Positions 50,511 to 60,097 of a stretch of DNA of 64,000 nucleotides are shown here, one piece after another. Location: assembly GCA_963699925.1 (NCBI GenBank), contig CAVOVT010000013.1, positions 25,187-89,186 on the forward strand. Direction: 5' to 3'. Source of the stretch: an uncultured Gammaproteobacteria bacterium (GTDB lineage: Bacteria > Pseudomonadota > Gammaproteobacteria > Steroidobacterales > Rariloculaceae). Position 1 is the first letter of the stretch. Each line of letters opens with the position of its first letter. Below the pieces are notes generated by a model. The model saw only the letters and a list, made by a program, of their open reading frames with translations, made no database searches and was not told the DNA's origin. A program made the position numbers and the translations under genes.

Positions 50511-51478
50511 TTGGGCCCACTCCTCAGCGCTCGAACGTTGCGCCGCGCGTTGCCGCGCGCCGGCGTCGCGGCCTGCCCCGGGGCGCCGTCAGCTCGATTT
50601 GGCCCCGGCGCTCCCGCGCCGGCGAGCGCGAGCACGCGCGCGTGCCCTGCGAGATCGCCGTGCGCCGCGACGACGCGCCAGGCGAGCGTTTCGGCGAGCG
50701 CCACGAGCGCCGCACGCTGATCGTGGCCGTGCTCGAGCAGCAGGTGCCCTCCGTCATTCAGATGCGCGCGCGCGCCCGCGAGCACCGCGCGCAGCGAGTC
50801 GAGACCGTCGGCGCCGCCGTCGAGCGCGAGCCGCGGCTCGTACCCGAGATCCTCGAACGCGCGATCTTCGGATGCGACGTACGGCGGGTTGCAGACGATC
50901 AAGTCGTAGCGCTCGCCCGCGAGCGCGGCGAACCAGTCCGACTCGACGAAGCGCACGTCGAGTCCGAGCCGCTCCGCGTTCGCGCGCGCAACGGCGAGCG
51001 CCGCGGCGCTCACGTCCGCGCCCGTCAAGATCGCGCCGCGTCGCTCGCGCTTGAGAGCGAGCGCGATGGCGCCGCTGCCGGTACCGAGGTCGAGCACCGC
51101 GCGCATCTCGCCGCGGGGCAGACGCGCGAGCGCCTCGTCGACGAGTAGCTCGGTCTCGGGCCGCGGAATCAGCACGGCTGGCGTCACGCGCAGCGGCAGC
51201 GAATAGAACTCTTGGCTGCGCACGAGATACGCGAGCGGCTCGCCGCGTGCGCGCCGTTGGACGAGCCGCTCGACCTCGTCGCCGAGCGCAGTGCGCACCG
51301 GCCTTTCCGGGAACGCAAGCACGGAGCTGCGCGGCTGCCCGGTCACGAATGCGATCAGCAGCTCCGCGTCGAGCAGCGGCGACGAGCTCGCGCCCGTCAG
51401 CTCGCGCACGGCCCACGCGACGAGGCCGCCGACGGTGTCGCCGTATTGCGTGATCGGGCCGGTCGGTTTCCCTTGCAC
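50507..51478 (-). CDS. prmC: release-factor glutamine N5-methyltransferase
   Basis: Inside ORF 50507..51823; I place the start at GTG 51478. Motifs are LIPRPETELLV, VLDLGTGSGAIALAL and the catalytic NPPY (IVCNPPYV). Confidence 0.85.
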   Translation of the reverse strand: MQGKPTGPITQYGDTVGGLVAWAVRELTGASSSPLLDAELLIAFVTGQPRSSVLAFPERPVRTALGDEVERLVQRRARGEPLAYLVRSQEFYSLPLRVTPAVLIPRPETELLVDEALARLPRGEMRAVLDLGTGSGAIALALKRERRGAILTGADVSAAALAVARANAERLGLDVRFVESDWFAALAGERYDLIVCNPPYVASEDRAFEDLGYEPRLALDGGADGLDSLRAVLAGARAHLNDGGHLLLEHGHDQRAALVALAETLAWRVVAAHGDLAGHARVLALAGAGAPGPNRADGAPGQAATPARGNARRNVRALRSGPK

Positions 51479-51510
51479 GATTGCCGCCGTCCCGCGCCGC
51501 CGCCGTCGCG

Positions 51511-52596
51511 TTACCCGAGCCCGAGCGCGCCGAGCTGGTCCGCGCGATGCTCGTTCGCGAGCGGCCCGATCACGTCGTCGAGATCGCCCTCGACGATGTC
51601 GTCGAGCTTGTAGAGCGTGAGATTGATCCGATGATCCGTGAGCCGGCCCTGCGGGAAGTTGTAGGTCCGGATGCGCTCGGAACGATCGCCCGTGCCGACG
51701 AGGCTGCGGCGCTTCTCGGCGGTCTCGGCCTCGCGCTTCGTGACCTCGGCGTCGCGCAGCCGCGCCGAGAGCAACGACATCGCGCGCGCGCGGTTCTTGT
51801 GCTGCGAGCGCTCGTCCTGGCACTCGACCACGATGCCCGTCGGCAGATGCGTGATCCGGATCGCCGAGTCGGTCTTGTTGACGTGCTGGCCCCCGGCACC
51901 CGACGAGCGGTACGTGTCGACCTTCAAGTCTGCCTTGTTGATCTCGATCTCGCCGACGTCCTCGGGCTCGGGGAACACCGCGACGGTCACCGTGGACGTG
52001 TGGATTCGGCCTTGAGCCTCGGTCTCCGGCACGCGCTGCACGCGGTGCACACCCGATTCGAACTTGAGCTTCGAGTATGCGCCCTTGCCCGCGACCCGCG
52101 TGATGATCTCGCGATAGCCGCCGTGCTCGCCGGAATTCGCGCTCAGGATCTCGACGCTCCAGCCCTGCCGCTCGGCGTAGCGGCTGTACATTCGGAACAG
52201 ATCGCCCGCGAAGATCGCGGCCTCGTCGCCGCCGGTGCCCGCGCGGATCTCGAGGAATAGGTTCGCGTCGTCGTCGGGGTCCTTCGGCACGAGCTGGCGG
52301 AGCAACGATTGCTCGCGCGCATCGCGGCGCGTCACGAGCTCGCGATGCTCGTCCTCCGCGAGCTCGCGAAGCTCGAGATCGTCGCTCGTGCGCAGCTCGT
52401 TCGATGCCGCGATGTCGGCCTCGAGCTTGCGGTACACGTCGAAGTCCTCCGTAACCTCGGCGAGGCGCGCGTATTCCTTGGAGAGCTCGCGGAAACGGTC
52501 TTTGTCGGCGATCGTCGCGGGCTCGCTTAAGCTGCGGCCGACCTCCTCGTAGCGCTCGACCAACGCGACGAGCTTGTCGCGCAGCGAGTCCTTCAC
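51511..52596 (-). CDS. prfA: peptide chain release factor 1
   Basis: ORF 51511..52596, 361 aa. It has the PxT tripeptide region, the GGQ motif ([20 protein letters not shown]) and an intact frame. Confidence 0.95.
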   Translation of the reverse strand: MKDSLRDKLVALVERYEEVGRSLSEPATIADKDRFRELSKEYARLAEVTEDFDVYRKLEADIAASNELRTSDDLELRELAEDEHRELVTRRDAREQSLLRQLVPKDPDDDANLFLEIRAGTGGDEAAIFAGDLFRMYSRYAERQGWSVEILSANSGEHGGYREIITRVAGKGAYSKLKFESGVHRVQRVPETEAQGRIHTSTVTVAVFPEPEDVGEIEINKADLKVDTYRSSGAGGQHVNKTDSAIRITHLPTGIVVECQDERSQHKNRARAMSLLSARLRDAEVTKREAETAEKRRSLVGTGDRSERIRTYNFPQGRLTDHRINLTLYKLDDIVEGDLDDVIGPLANEHRADQLGALGLG

Positions 52597-52739
52597 TTAG
52601 CGGCCCGTGCGTGGCGCTCGAGGCGCATTATCACGAAGATCGCGCGCGCCGCAATGGCTCGCCCCGTCCAATCGAGCAGCAACTGTCCGAGCGCGCGGCG
52701 GTCGAACCACTTCTCCAGGGTTGCCAGGAACTGTTCCAT
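52593..52739 (-). CDS. 48-codon ORF translationally coupled to prfA (possible gene remnant)
   Basis: ATG 52739 ([38 protein letters not shown]...). Its TGA overlaps the prfA GTG start (GTGA). It occupies the slot where hemA normally sits. Coding status is unproven. Confidence 0.3.
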   Translation of the reverse strand: MEQFLATLEKWFDRRALGQLLLDWTGRAIAARAIFVIMRLERHARAAK

Positions 52740-52832
52740 GCGTAAATTGTCGCGGCACGCCGGCCGTCCAGCAAGCGGCCGCGGTCCTGTGCAACGAGAC
52801 ACGGCAGCCGGACGGAAGCCTGGAGTATATTG

Positions 52833-54623
52833 ATGCGCATGAAGCGCTTTTTTCCGTCGCTCGCCGCGCTACTGCTCGCGGCCTGCGCAACGGGCTCGAA
52901 AACCGATGGAAACAACGTGCAGGTCGAGATCGACTCGCACGGGCTGCTCGGCGACATCGCATTCGAGCGCCAGCAGCTCGACACGGCTACGAACGAATAC
53001 CTCGCGGCCGCGCTATTGTCGGATCAGCCCGCGCTCGCCGAACGCGCGACCCGGGTCGCGCAGCAGGTCGACCTCACCGAGCAGGGCCTGAAGGCGGTCG
53101 CGCGCTGGAAAGCGCTCGCGCCGAAGGACGAGCGGCCGCTCTGGTTCGCGGGCGTGTTCGAGACGCGCGCACATCGCATCGACAAGGCGACCGCCGAGTT
53201 CGAGACCTTCATCCGCGAGCTCGGCGATCCGGCCACCGGGTTCGCGCTCGTGCTCGAGGCGCTCGCGGACGAGCCGAAGCCGAAGGCACGACGGCGATCA
53301 TGCGCTCGCTCAACAACGACGTTCCCGGGCGTGCCGGCCGGCCAATACGCGCTCGCGCGGCTCGCGCTGCGCTCCGGCGACTTCGATCTCGCGCTCACGA
53401 ACGCGAAGGCGGCGGCCGACTCCGATCCCAACTGGCTCGAGGCGCAGCTGCTATATGCGCGCAGCCTGCTCGTCTCGGGCAAGACCGACGAGAGCCTCGC
53501 GATCGCGGCGCGGCTCGCCGACCAGCACCCGGAGACTCAGGTGCAGCTGCAATACGCCGAGCTGCTGCTGTCCGCGGGCAAGCCGCGTGACGCCGAGGCG
53601 CGTCTCAACGACATCCTCGCGAAGAACCCCGGCAACCCGGAGGCAGTCCGCGCGCTCGCGTTCCTCGCGCTCACCGAGCAGCGGCTCGACGAGGCGAAGG
53701 ACGCGCTTCGGCGAGCTGCGCGGCGATCCGAACTATCGTCCCGAGGCTTTCTACTACCTCGGCCGCATCGCGGAGACCGAGCGGGACTTCCTCCAGGCGA
53801 CGCGCTCGTACGCAGCGCGTCACCGACGGCACGCACGCGGTCGAGGCGCAGCTGCGCACCGCGCGGATCATGTACGCGGAGCTCAACGATCCCGACGGCG
53901 CGGTGCGCCACTTGCGCGACTTCGGCGAGGCGAATCCGCGCTTCGCGTCGAACATGCTCGTGGCGCAGGCGCAGCTGCTGCTGCAGATGAAGAAGCCGCA
54001 GGAAGCGATGAAGCTCTTCGACGACGCGCTCGCGGCCTCGCCCGACGACCCGACGCTGCGCGCGGCGCACGTCCAGCTCTACGTTCTGCTCGTGCAAGAC
54101 GCGATCGACCGGAAGGCGCTCGACGAGGCCAACACGGTGCTCAGCCAGGGCTTGCAGCGTTACCCCGGCGAGACGTCGCTGCGCTATTCGCAGGCGCTGC
54201 TGCTCGAGGACCAAGGCAAGAACAAGAAGAGCCGTCGACGTGCTCGCAGAGCCTCGCGAAAGACAGACGCCCGACGATCCGGCCGTGCTGAACGCGCTCG
54301 GCTATCTCCTGACCGATCAGTTCGATCGGCACGAAGAGGCGCGCGGCTACATCCAGAAGGCGCTCGCGTTGAACCCGGACAGCCCGGCGATCATCGACAG
54401 CATGGGCTGGGTGCTCTACAAGCTCGGCGACTACAGCGGCGCGCGCGACTACCTCGAGCGCGCCTACCGGCTCGAGCAGGATCCCGAGATCGCGGCCCAT
54501 CTCGTCGACGTGCGCTGGGCGCAGGGCGAGCACGATCAGGCGCTCGAGCTGCTGCACGCCGCGCTCGAGCGCAATCCCGACGACCGCCACCTCAAAGAGC
54601 TCAGCGGACGGCTCCATCAATGA
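52833..54623 (+). pseudogene. TPR-repeat lipoprotein (the conserved TPR gene upstream of lolB), at least three and probably more frame breaks
   Basis: ATG 52833 has GGAG upstream. MRMKRFFPSLAALLLAAC carries a lipobox. TPR-like text continues through the frames of ORFs 52830..53990, 53455..54291, 53870..55246 and 54240..54623. The frames switch near 53700, 53818 and 54230. Compensated shift pairs are possible at 53280-53325 and 54245-54275. Confidence 0.7.
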
Positions 54624-55246
54624 CGCGCGGGCTCGCGCGCGCTCTTCGGCGCCGTCGCTGGCCGCCGCGCTACTCGCGAGCCTGCGCGACGATGCCCGTC
54701 GGCAGCGACGGCCTGAGCTACGAGCAGCGGCGCGCAGCGCCTCGAGGCCGTTTCGCGCCTGGGACATGCGCGGCCGCGTCGCGGTCGTCGGCCGGCGAGC
54801 GCGCGTTTCAGGCGAGCTTCCGCTGGCACCAGGACGCCGACGCGCTCGATCTCGCCGTGCGCGGGCCGCTCGGCGCGGGCGCGCTCGAGGTCAACGGCAC
54901 GCCGAACGCGCTGACGGTCACGTCGCGCGGGGACACGCGGGTGCTGTCGGACCCCGAGGCGCAGTTGTCGGAGCTGCTCGGCTGGTGGCTGCCCGTCGGC
55001 AGCCTGCACGCGTGGCTGCTCGGCCTTCCCGATCCCAAGTTCGACGCGGCGACGCAACCCGGCTCCGACGGCACGCTCGCCTCGTTCGAGCAGCGGCTCT
55101 GGCGAGTCGCGTTCGCGAGCTATCAGCTCGCGGCGGTGAAGGCCGACGCGGGCCCGCCTTTGCTCGTGCCGCACCGGATCGAGCTCGAGCACGGCGACCT
55201 GCGGCTGCGCCTCACGATCGACGACTGGCACGCCGCCGCGCCTTGA
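54620..55246 (+). CDS. lolB: outer-membrane lipoprotein LolB (N-terminal 70 codons garbled in the open frame)
   Basis: ATG 54620 overlaps the TPR gene stop (ATGA). The C-terminal 140 codons read as LolB (FQASFRWHQDAD...LEVNGTPNALTV...WLPVGSLHAWLLGLP...). The signal peptide plus lipobox (SLAAALLAS-C) and the WDMRGRVAVV block appear only in other frames. Confidence 0.75.
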   Translation: MTRGLARALRRRRWPPRYSRACATMPVGSDGLSYEQRRAAPRGRFAPGTCAAASRSSAGERAFQASFRWHQDADALDLAVRGPLGAGALEVNGTPNALTVTSRGDTRVLSDPEAQLSELLGWWLPVGSLHAWLLGLPDPKFDAATQPGSDGTLASFEQRLWRVAFASYQLAAVKADAGPPLLVPHRIELEHGDLRLRLTIDDWHAAAP

Positions 55247-55279
55247 GCGCCGCGCACCGGCCCAAGTTAGAATGAAGGC

Positions 55280-55354
55280 TGGGGTGTAGCCAAGCGGTAA
55301 GGCAGCGGGTTTTGATCCCGCCATACGTAGGTTCGATTCCTACCACCCCAGCCA
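55280..55354 (+). tRNA. tRNA-Gln (anticodon UUG)
   Basis: TGGGGTGTAGCCAAGCGGTAAGGCAGCGGGTTTTGATCCCGCCATACGTAGGTTCGATTCCTACCACCCCAGCCA. The hand-folded cloverleaf has anticodon loop TTTTGAT and an encoded CCA. Confidence 0.9.
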
Positions 55355-55382
55355 AGTCGCGCGGTTTACGGGAGAGCCTGCC

Positions 55383-56336
55383 TTGGATCCGATCTCCACC
55401 ACGATCTTCTCCGGCAACGCGCATCCCGCGCTCGCGCGCGACATCGCGTATCACCTGAACCTCCCGCTCGGCCGCATCACGGTCGGCCGCTTCAGCGACG
55501 GCGAGATCAGCGTCGAGATCATGGAGAACGTGCGCGGCCGCGACGTGTTCATCGTGCAGCCCACCTGCCCGCCCGTGAACGAGCATCTCATGGAGCTCTT
55601 GATCATGGCGGACGCGTGCCAGCGCGCGTCGGCGAGCCGGATCACCGCCGTCATCCCGTACTTCGGCTACGGCCGCCAGGACCGGCGGCGTCGAGCGGCG
55701 CGCGTGCCGATCACCGCGAAGCTCGTCGCGAACCTGATCGCGCAGTCGGGCATCGACCGCGTGCTCACGGTCGACGTGCACGCGGACCAGATCACGGGCT
55801 TCTTCGACATCCCGGTCGACAACGTGTACGCCTCGCCCGTGCTGCTCGGCGACGCGTGGAAACAGAAGTACTCCGACATCGTGGTCGTCTCGCCCGACGT
55901 CGGCGGCGTGGAGCGCGCCCGCGCGCTCGCGAAGCGGCTCGACGACGCGGGCCTCGCGATCATCGACAAACGCCGCCCGCAACCGAACATGGCCGAGGTC
56001 ATGAACGTGATCGGCGAGGTCGGCAGCAAGACCTGCGTGCTGATCGACGACATGGTCGACACGGCCGGCACGCTCTGCCAGGCCGCGGCGGTGCTGAAGC
56101 AGCGAGGCGCGGAACGGGTGGTCGCCTACATCACCCACCCGGTGCTCTCGGGCCCGGCCGTCCAGCGAATCCAGAACTCCTCTCTCGACGAGATCGTCGT
56201 GACCGACACGATCCCACTCAGCGACGCGGCCAAGGCGTGTCCGCGAATCCGCCAGCTCAGCGTCGCGGAGCTCTTGGCCGAGACCCTGCGCCGGATCAAC
56301 GAAGCGGAGTCCGTGAGCTCGCTGTACCTCGACTAG
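55383..56336 (+). CDS. prs: ribose-phosphate pyrophosphokinase
   Basis: ORF 55383..56336 (TTG). Motifs are [19 protein letters not shown] and the PRPP loop [13 protein letters not shown]. Confidence 0.95.
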   Translation: MDPISTTIFSGNAHPALARDIAYHLNLPLGRITVGRFSDGEISVEIMENVRGRDVFIVQPTCPPVNEHLMELLIMADACQRASASRITAVIPYFGYGRQDRRRRAARVPITAKLVANLIAQSGIDRVLTVDVHADQITGFFDIPVDNVYASPVLLGDAWKQKYSDIVVVSPDVGGVERARALAKRLDDAGLAIIDKRRPQPNMAEVMNVIGEVGSKTCVLIDDMVDTAGTLCQAAAVLKQRGAERVVAYITHPVLSGPAVQRIQNSSLDEIVVTDTIPLSDAAKACPRIRQLSVAELLAETLRRINEAESVSSLYLD

Positions 56337-56379
56337 GCCGTTTTGCTATGATGCGCGGCTTCCTCGAGGTGCCCAGCCC

Positions 56380-57111
56380 GTGAACGTCAAAACCGTCTTC
56401 GAGCTTTCCGCCGAGCCACGCGCCAGCTTCGGCCGCACCGGCAGCCGTCGCCTGCGCAAGGCCGGCAAGGTCCCGGCCATTCTGTATGGCGGCGGCGAAG
56501 CGCCCGAGTCCATGGTGCTCGACCACAACACGCTCTCGCACCAGATGAACCGCGAGGCGTTCTTCACGAGCATCCTCACGCTGAAGATCGGCGCGAAGTC
56601 GCAACAGGTCGTCGTCAAGGACGTGCAGCGGCATCCGTTCAAGCCGTTGATCATGCACCTCGACTTCCAGCGGATTCGCGAAGACGAGGAGATCACGCTC
56701 AGCGTGCCGATCCACTTCCTGAACGAGGCCGATGCAAAGGGCGTGAAGGAACAGGGCGGCGTCGTCGACCATCTGCTCTCCGAGGTCGAGGTCGAGTGTC
56801 TGCCGCGCTACCTCCCCGAGTACCTCGAGATCGACGTGACGGCGCTCGAGCTCAACCAGATCTATCACCTCTCCGACATCAAGCTGCCGGAGGGCGTGTC
56901 GCTGGTCGCGCTGAAGCATGGCCACGACGAGCCCGTCGTCGCGGTAAACCCGCCGCGCCAGGAAGAGGTCGACGTGCCGGTGGAAGCCGCGGAAGTGGCC
57001 GCGGGCGAGGTGCCGGCGAGCGCGCAGGTCGCGCCGGAGGCCACCGAAGGCGAAGACAAAGAAGGCAAGGACAAGGACGCGAAGAAGGCCGACAAGAAAG
57101 AGAAAGGCTGA
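56380..57111 (+). CDS. rplY: 50S ribosomal protein L25 / general stress protein Ctc
   Basis: ORF 56380..57111 (GTG). It reads RASFGRTGSRRLRKAGKVPAILYGG...VQRHPFKPLIMHLDFQRI and has an acidic/Lys-rich C-tail. Confidence 0.9.
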   Translation: MNVKTVFELSAEPRASFGRTGSRRLRKAGKVPAILYGGGEAPESMVLDHNTLSHQMNREAFFTSILTLKIGAKSQQVVVKDVQRHPFKPLIMHLDFQRIREDEEITLSVPIHFLNEADAKGVKEQGGVVDHLLSEVEVECLPRYLPEYLEIDVTALELNQIYHLSDIKLPEGVSLVALKHGHDEPVVAVNPPRQEEVDVPVEAAEVAAGEVPASAQVAPEATEGEDKEGKDKDAKKADKKEKG

Positions 57112-57140
57112 AGACGCGGCGCCGCTATTGCGAAAGTCTC

Positions 57141-57166
57141 GAAAGGCCGCCTGATGGCGGCCTTTC
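57141..57166 (+). terminator. 11-bp-stem hairpin downstream of rplY (putative intrinsic terminator)
   Basis: GAAAGGCCGCC-tgat-GGCGGCCTTTC, 30 nt after the rplY stop. The trailing T-run is weak. Confidence 0.5.
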
Positions 57167-57236
57167 CGTTGCTAGACGTCCCTTTTCGCTCGACTGCGCT
57201 TCGTTTCGCCGCTCGTTCGCGATTTGAAGAGCCAAG

Positions 57237-57866
57237 ATGAGCACCGAGATCGATTTGATCGTCGGGCTCGGCAACCCCGGGCCCGAATACCAAGCCACGC
57301 GTCACAACGCGGGATTTTGGTTCGTCGACCTGCTCGCGCGCGAGCACGGGGCGCGGTTCGCCAGGGAGCGCAAGCTCAAGGGCGAGACGGCCGAGCTCCG
57401 AATCGCGGGACGCCGTGTGCGCCTGTTGAAGCCGATGACACAAATGAATCTGAGCGGCGAGTCGGTCCAGGCCGCCGTCAGCTACTACAAGATTCCGGTC
57501 GAGCACGTGCTCGTCGCGTACGACGAGCTCGACTTCCCGCCGGGCCGCGTGCAGCTGAAGTTCGACGGCAGCGGCGCCGGGCCACAACGGCGTCGGCAGC
57601 GTGATCGAGCACGTCGGCACGAAGTTTTGGCGCCTACGCTTCGGCGTCGGCCATCCGCGCGACCGCACGCAGACGGAAGGCCGTCGCGACGTGATCGATC
57701 ACGTGCTCGAGCGAGCGACGCCCGAGGAAGAAGCAGCAGATCCTCGGGACGATCGGCGAGGCGGTGAAGCTCGTGCCCGCGATGATCGAGGAAGGCGCGG
57801 AGCGCGTGAAGAATCGCCTGCACCGCGAAGAAGCCCGCGCCTGCGGGCGGCACGGAGAGCGAGTAG
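57237..57866 (+). pseudogene. pth: peptidyl-tRNA hydrolase, three frame breaks
   Basis: ATG 57237 (LIVGLGNPGPEYQATRHNAGFW). The text then continues as [26 protein letters not shown] in frame +1, as [23 protein letters not shown] in frame +2, and back to the original frame for [12 protein letters not shown] (57864..57866). The frames switch near 57578, 57732 and 57832, and each behaves as a 1-nt insertion. Confidence 0.85.
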
Positions 57867-57870
57867 GAAC

Positions 57871-58965
57871 ATGGGCATCAAATGCGGCATCGTCGGGCTG
57901 CCGAACGTCGGCAAGTCGACGCTGTTCAACGCGCTGACCGCGTCGGAGATCCCGGCCGAGAACTACCCGTTCTGCACGATCGATCCGAACGTCGGCGTCG
58001 TCACCGTGCCGGACCCGAAGCTCGACGCGATCGCCGCGATCGTCAAGCCCGAGAAAGTCGTGCCGACCGTCGTCGAGTTCGTCGACATCGCAGGGCTCGT
58101 CGAGGGCGCATCGCAGGGGCAAGGCCTCGGCAACCAGTTCCTCGCGCACATCCGCGAGACGCACGCGATCGCGCATCTCGTGCGCTGCTTCGAGAACGAC
58201 GACATCACGCACGTCGCGGGGCGCATCGATCCGCTGCACGACATCGAGATCATCGACACCGAGCTCATGCTGGCCGACCTCGAGACGGTGCAGAAGATGT
58301 TCCAGCGCGCCGAGCGCGCCGCGAAGACCAACGAGAAGGCGGCGGTCGCGCGCCGCGACGGGCTCCAGAAGCTCCAGGACGCCGCTCGAGAGCGGCGAGC
58401 CCGCGCGCAGCGTGGTGCTCGACGAGCGCGAGGCGGCCGAGCTCAAGCGACTTGCACCTGATCACCGCGAAGCCCGTGATGTACATCGCGAACGTCGCCG
58501 AGGACGCGCCGCAGGAAACCCGCTCGTGGCGCCCGTCCGCGCGCTCGCCGAGCGGCAAGGCACCGAGCTCGTCGTGATCTCGGCCGCGCTCGAGGCCGAG
58601 CTCGCGCAGCTGGCCGAAGCCGAGCGCGCCGAGTTTCTCACGAGCCTCGGCCTTACGGAGCCGGGCTTGAACCGCGTGATCCGCTCGGCGTACCGTCTGC
58701 TCGGGCTCAAAACCTTCTACACGGCAGGGCCGAAGGAGTGCCGCGCCTGGACCGTGCCCCGCGGCGCGACGGCGCCGCAAGCGGCGGGCGCGATCCACAC
58801 GCGACTTCGAGCGCGGCTTCATCCGCGCCGAGGTGATCGGCTACGACGCGTTCATCGAACGGCGCGGCGAGACCGGCGCCCGCGAGGCCGGCGAGCTCCG
58901 CCTCGAGGGCAAGAGGCTACGTCGTCCAAGAGGGCGACGTCATTCACTTCAGGTTCAACGTCTGA
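57871..58965 (+). pseudogene. ychF: redox-regulated ribosome-binding ATPase YchF, about five frame breaks
   Basis: ATG 57871 ([23 protein letters not shown]). The YchF text hops between three frames near 58385, 58455, 58515, 58800 and 58912. It ends YVVQEGDVIHFRFNV-TGA (58963..58965) in the starting frame. Confidence 0.9.
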
Positions 58966-58978
58966 AACAACGCTCAGC

Positions 58979-59254
58979 ATGATGGACAACTTCGCAAATT
59001 TGCCCTCCACCGTGCAGCTCGTGCTCGCCGTGCTGCTCGCGGTGTGGCTCGCGCTGCTGCTGCTCGTGCCGTTCATGATCGAGAGCATTCGAAATTCGGC
59101 GCGTAAGACGCGGGCGCAGCTCGAGTTGCTGAACCAAAAGATGGACAATTTGATCGATATTCTCGAGCGCAGCGAGCCGGCGACACGGGCGGCCGGGCCA
59201 GCCCGCGCGCAGCACGCCGAGCGCGCGCGCAAGGAACCGACGATCTCGGGGTGA
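58979..59254 (+). CDS. small single-pass membrane protein (hypothetical)
   Basis: This is the last 91 codons of ORF 58412..59254, from ATG 58979. It has a TM helix (VQLVLAVLLAVWLALLLLVPFMI) followed by a helical polar tail. Confidence 0.5.
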   Translation: MMDNFANLPSTVQLVLAVLLAVWLALLLLVPFMIESIRNSARKTRAQLELLNQKMDNLIDILERSEPATRAAGPARAQHAERARKEPTISG

Positions 59255-59260
59255 AAGCGC

Positions 59261-59806
59261 CTACGGGCGCTGGCGCTTCGCGCCGCCGCGCGCGCGGCGG
59301 CGACGCGGTGCGGAAGCGGCGCGCTCGAGCCGCGGGAAGCGCAGCCGAAACGCCGTGATCGCATCGAGCTCGAACCCGGTCTTCAAACGGCCGTCGGCCT
59401 CGAGCGCCGCGACTTCTGCGTACTTGAACCAACCGATCGCCAATAGCTCGTCCGGAGCGAACGTCTGGGTCGCCTGCGCGACGTCGCAACCGAAGATCCG
59501 GTGGTTCTCGCCGCGGTGCCACCAATCGCCGATCTCGACGAGCGATGGGACGCGCAGCCCAAGCTCCTCGACGAGCTCGCGGCGCAGCGCCGCTCGAGGT
59601 TCCTCGCGGGACTTCAATCGTCCGCCCGGGAGGCCCCACTTGCCGAGGTTTTCGCGACGCCGCGAGTTGTGCTGCGCGAGCAGGTAGCGCTGGCCGCAAC
59701 GCAGCACGCAACGCACGCGATCGACGGGGGCATCGAGGCGTTCCGCGGGAACGGCGAGTCTGCCCGCGATCTGAACCGCCCCAAATTCAGACGTGTTAGA
59801 CGCCAT
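59261..59806 (-). CDS. NUDIX hydrolase
   Basis: ORF 59261..59806. The NUDIX box is GLPGGRLKSREEPRAALRRELVEELGL. Confidence 0.85.
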   Translation of the reverse strand: MASNTSEFGAVQIAGRLAVPAERLDAPVDRVRCVLRCGQRYLLAQHNSRRRENLGKWGLPGGRLKSREEPRAALRRELVEELGLRVPSLVEIGDWWHRGENHRIFGCDVAQATQTFAPDELLAIGWFKYAEVAALEADGRLKTGFELDAITAFRLRFPRLERAASAPRRRRARGGAKRQRP

Positions 59807-60097
59807 TAGGCCTCATCCACATCAACAATATCTCGCAACTAGCCTGTACGTCTAATTTTTCAGCTTTATGACGGTCCTCGAATCGGCGCCAACGCTAGCG
59901 GCGGCGGCGGTACTCATTCCGTGCTGCACCTCTAGTTTCTTCGCAATCGCGATTCCGCCGTACCCTCACGGAGTGGCCGAGCCTGGCCCAAAGCGACCAT
60001 TCCAAACCCGTTCGGTTACGCCGCCGTTTCGGCTCGCTGCTACACTTCGCCGCGGCCGACGACGACCAGAAATAGCACCGACGGACCCGCCGCGAAG

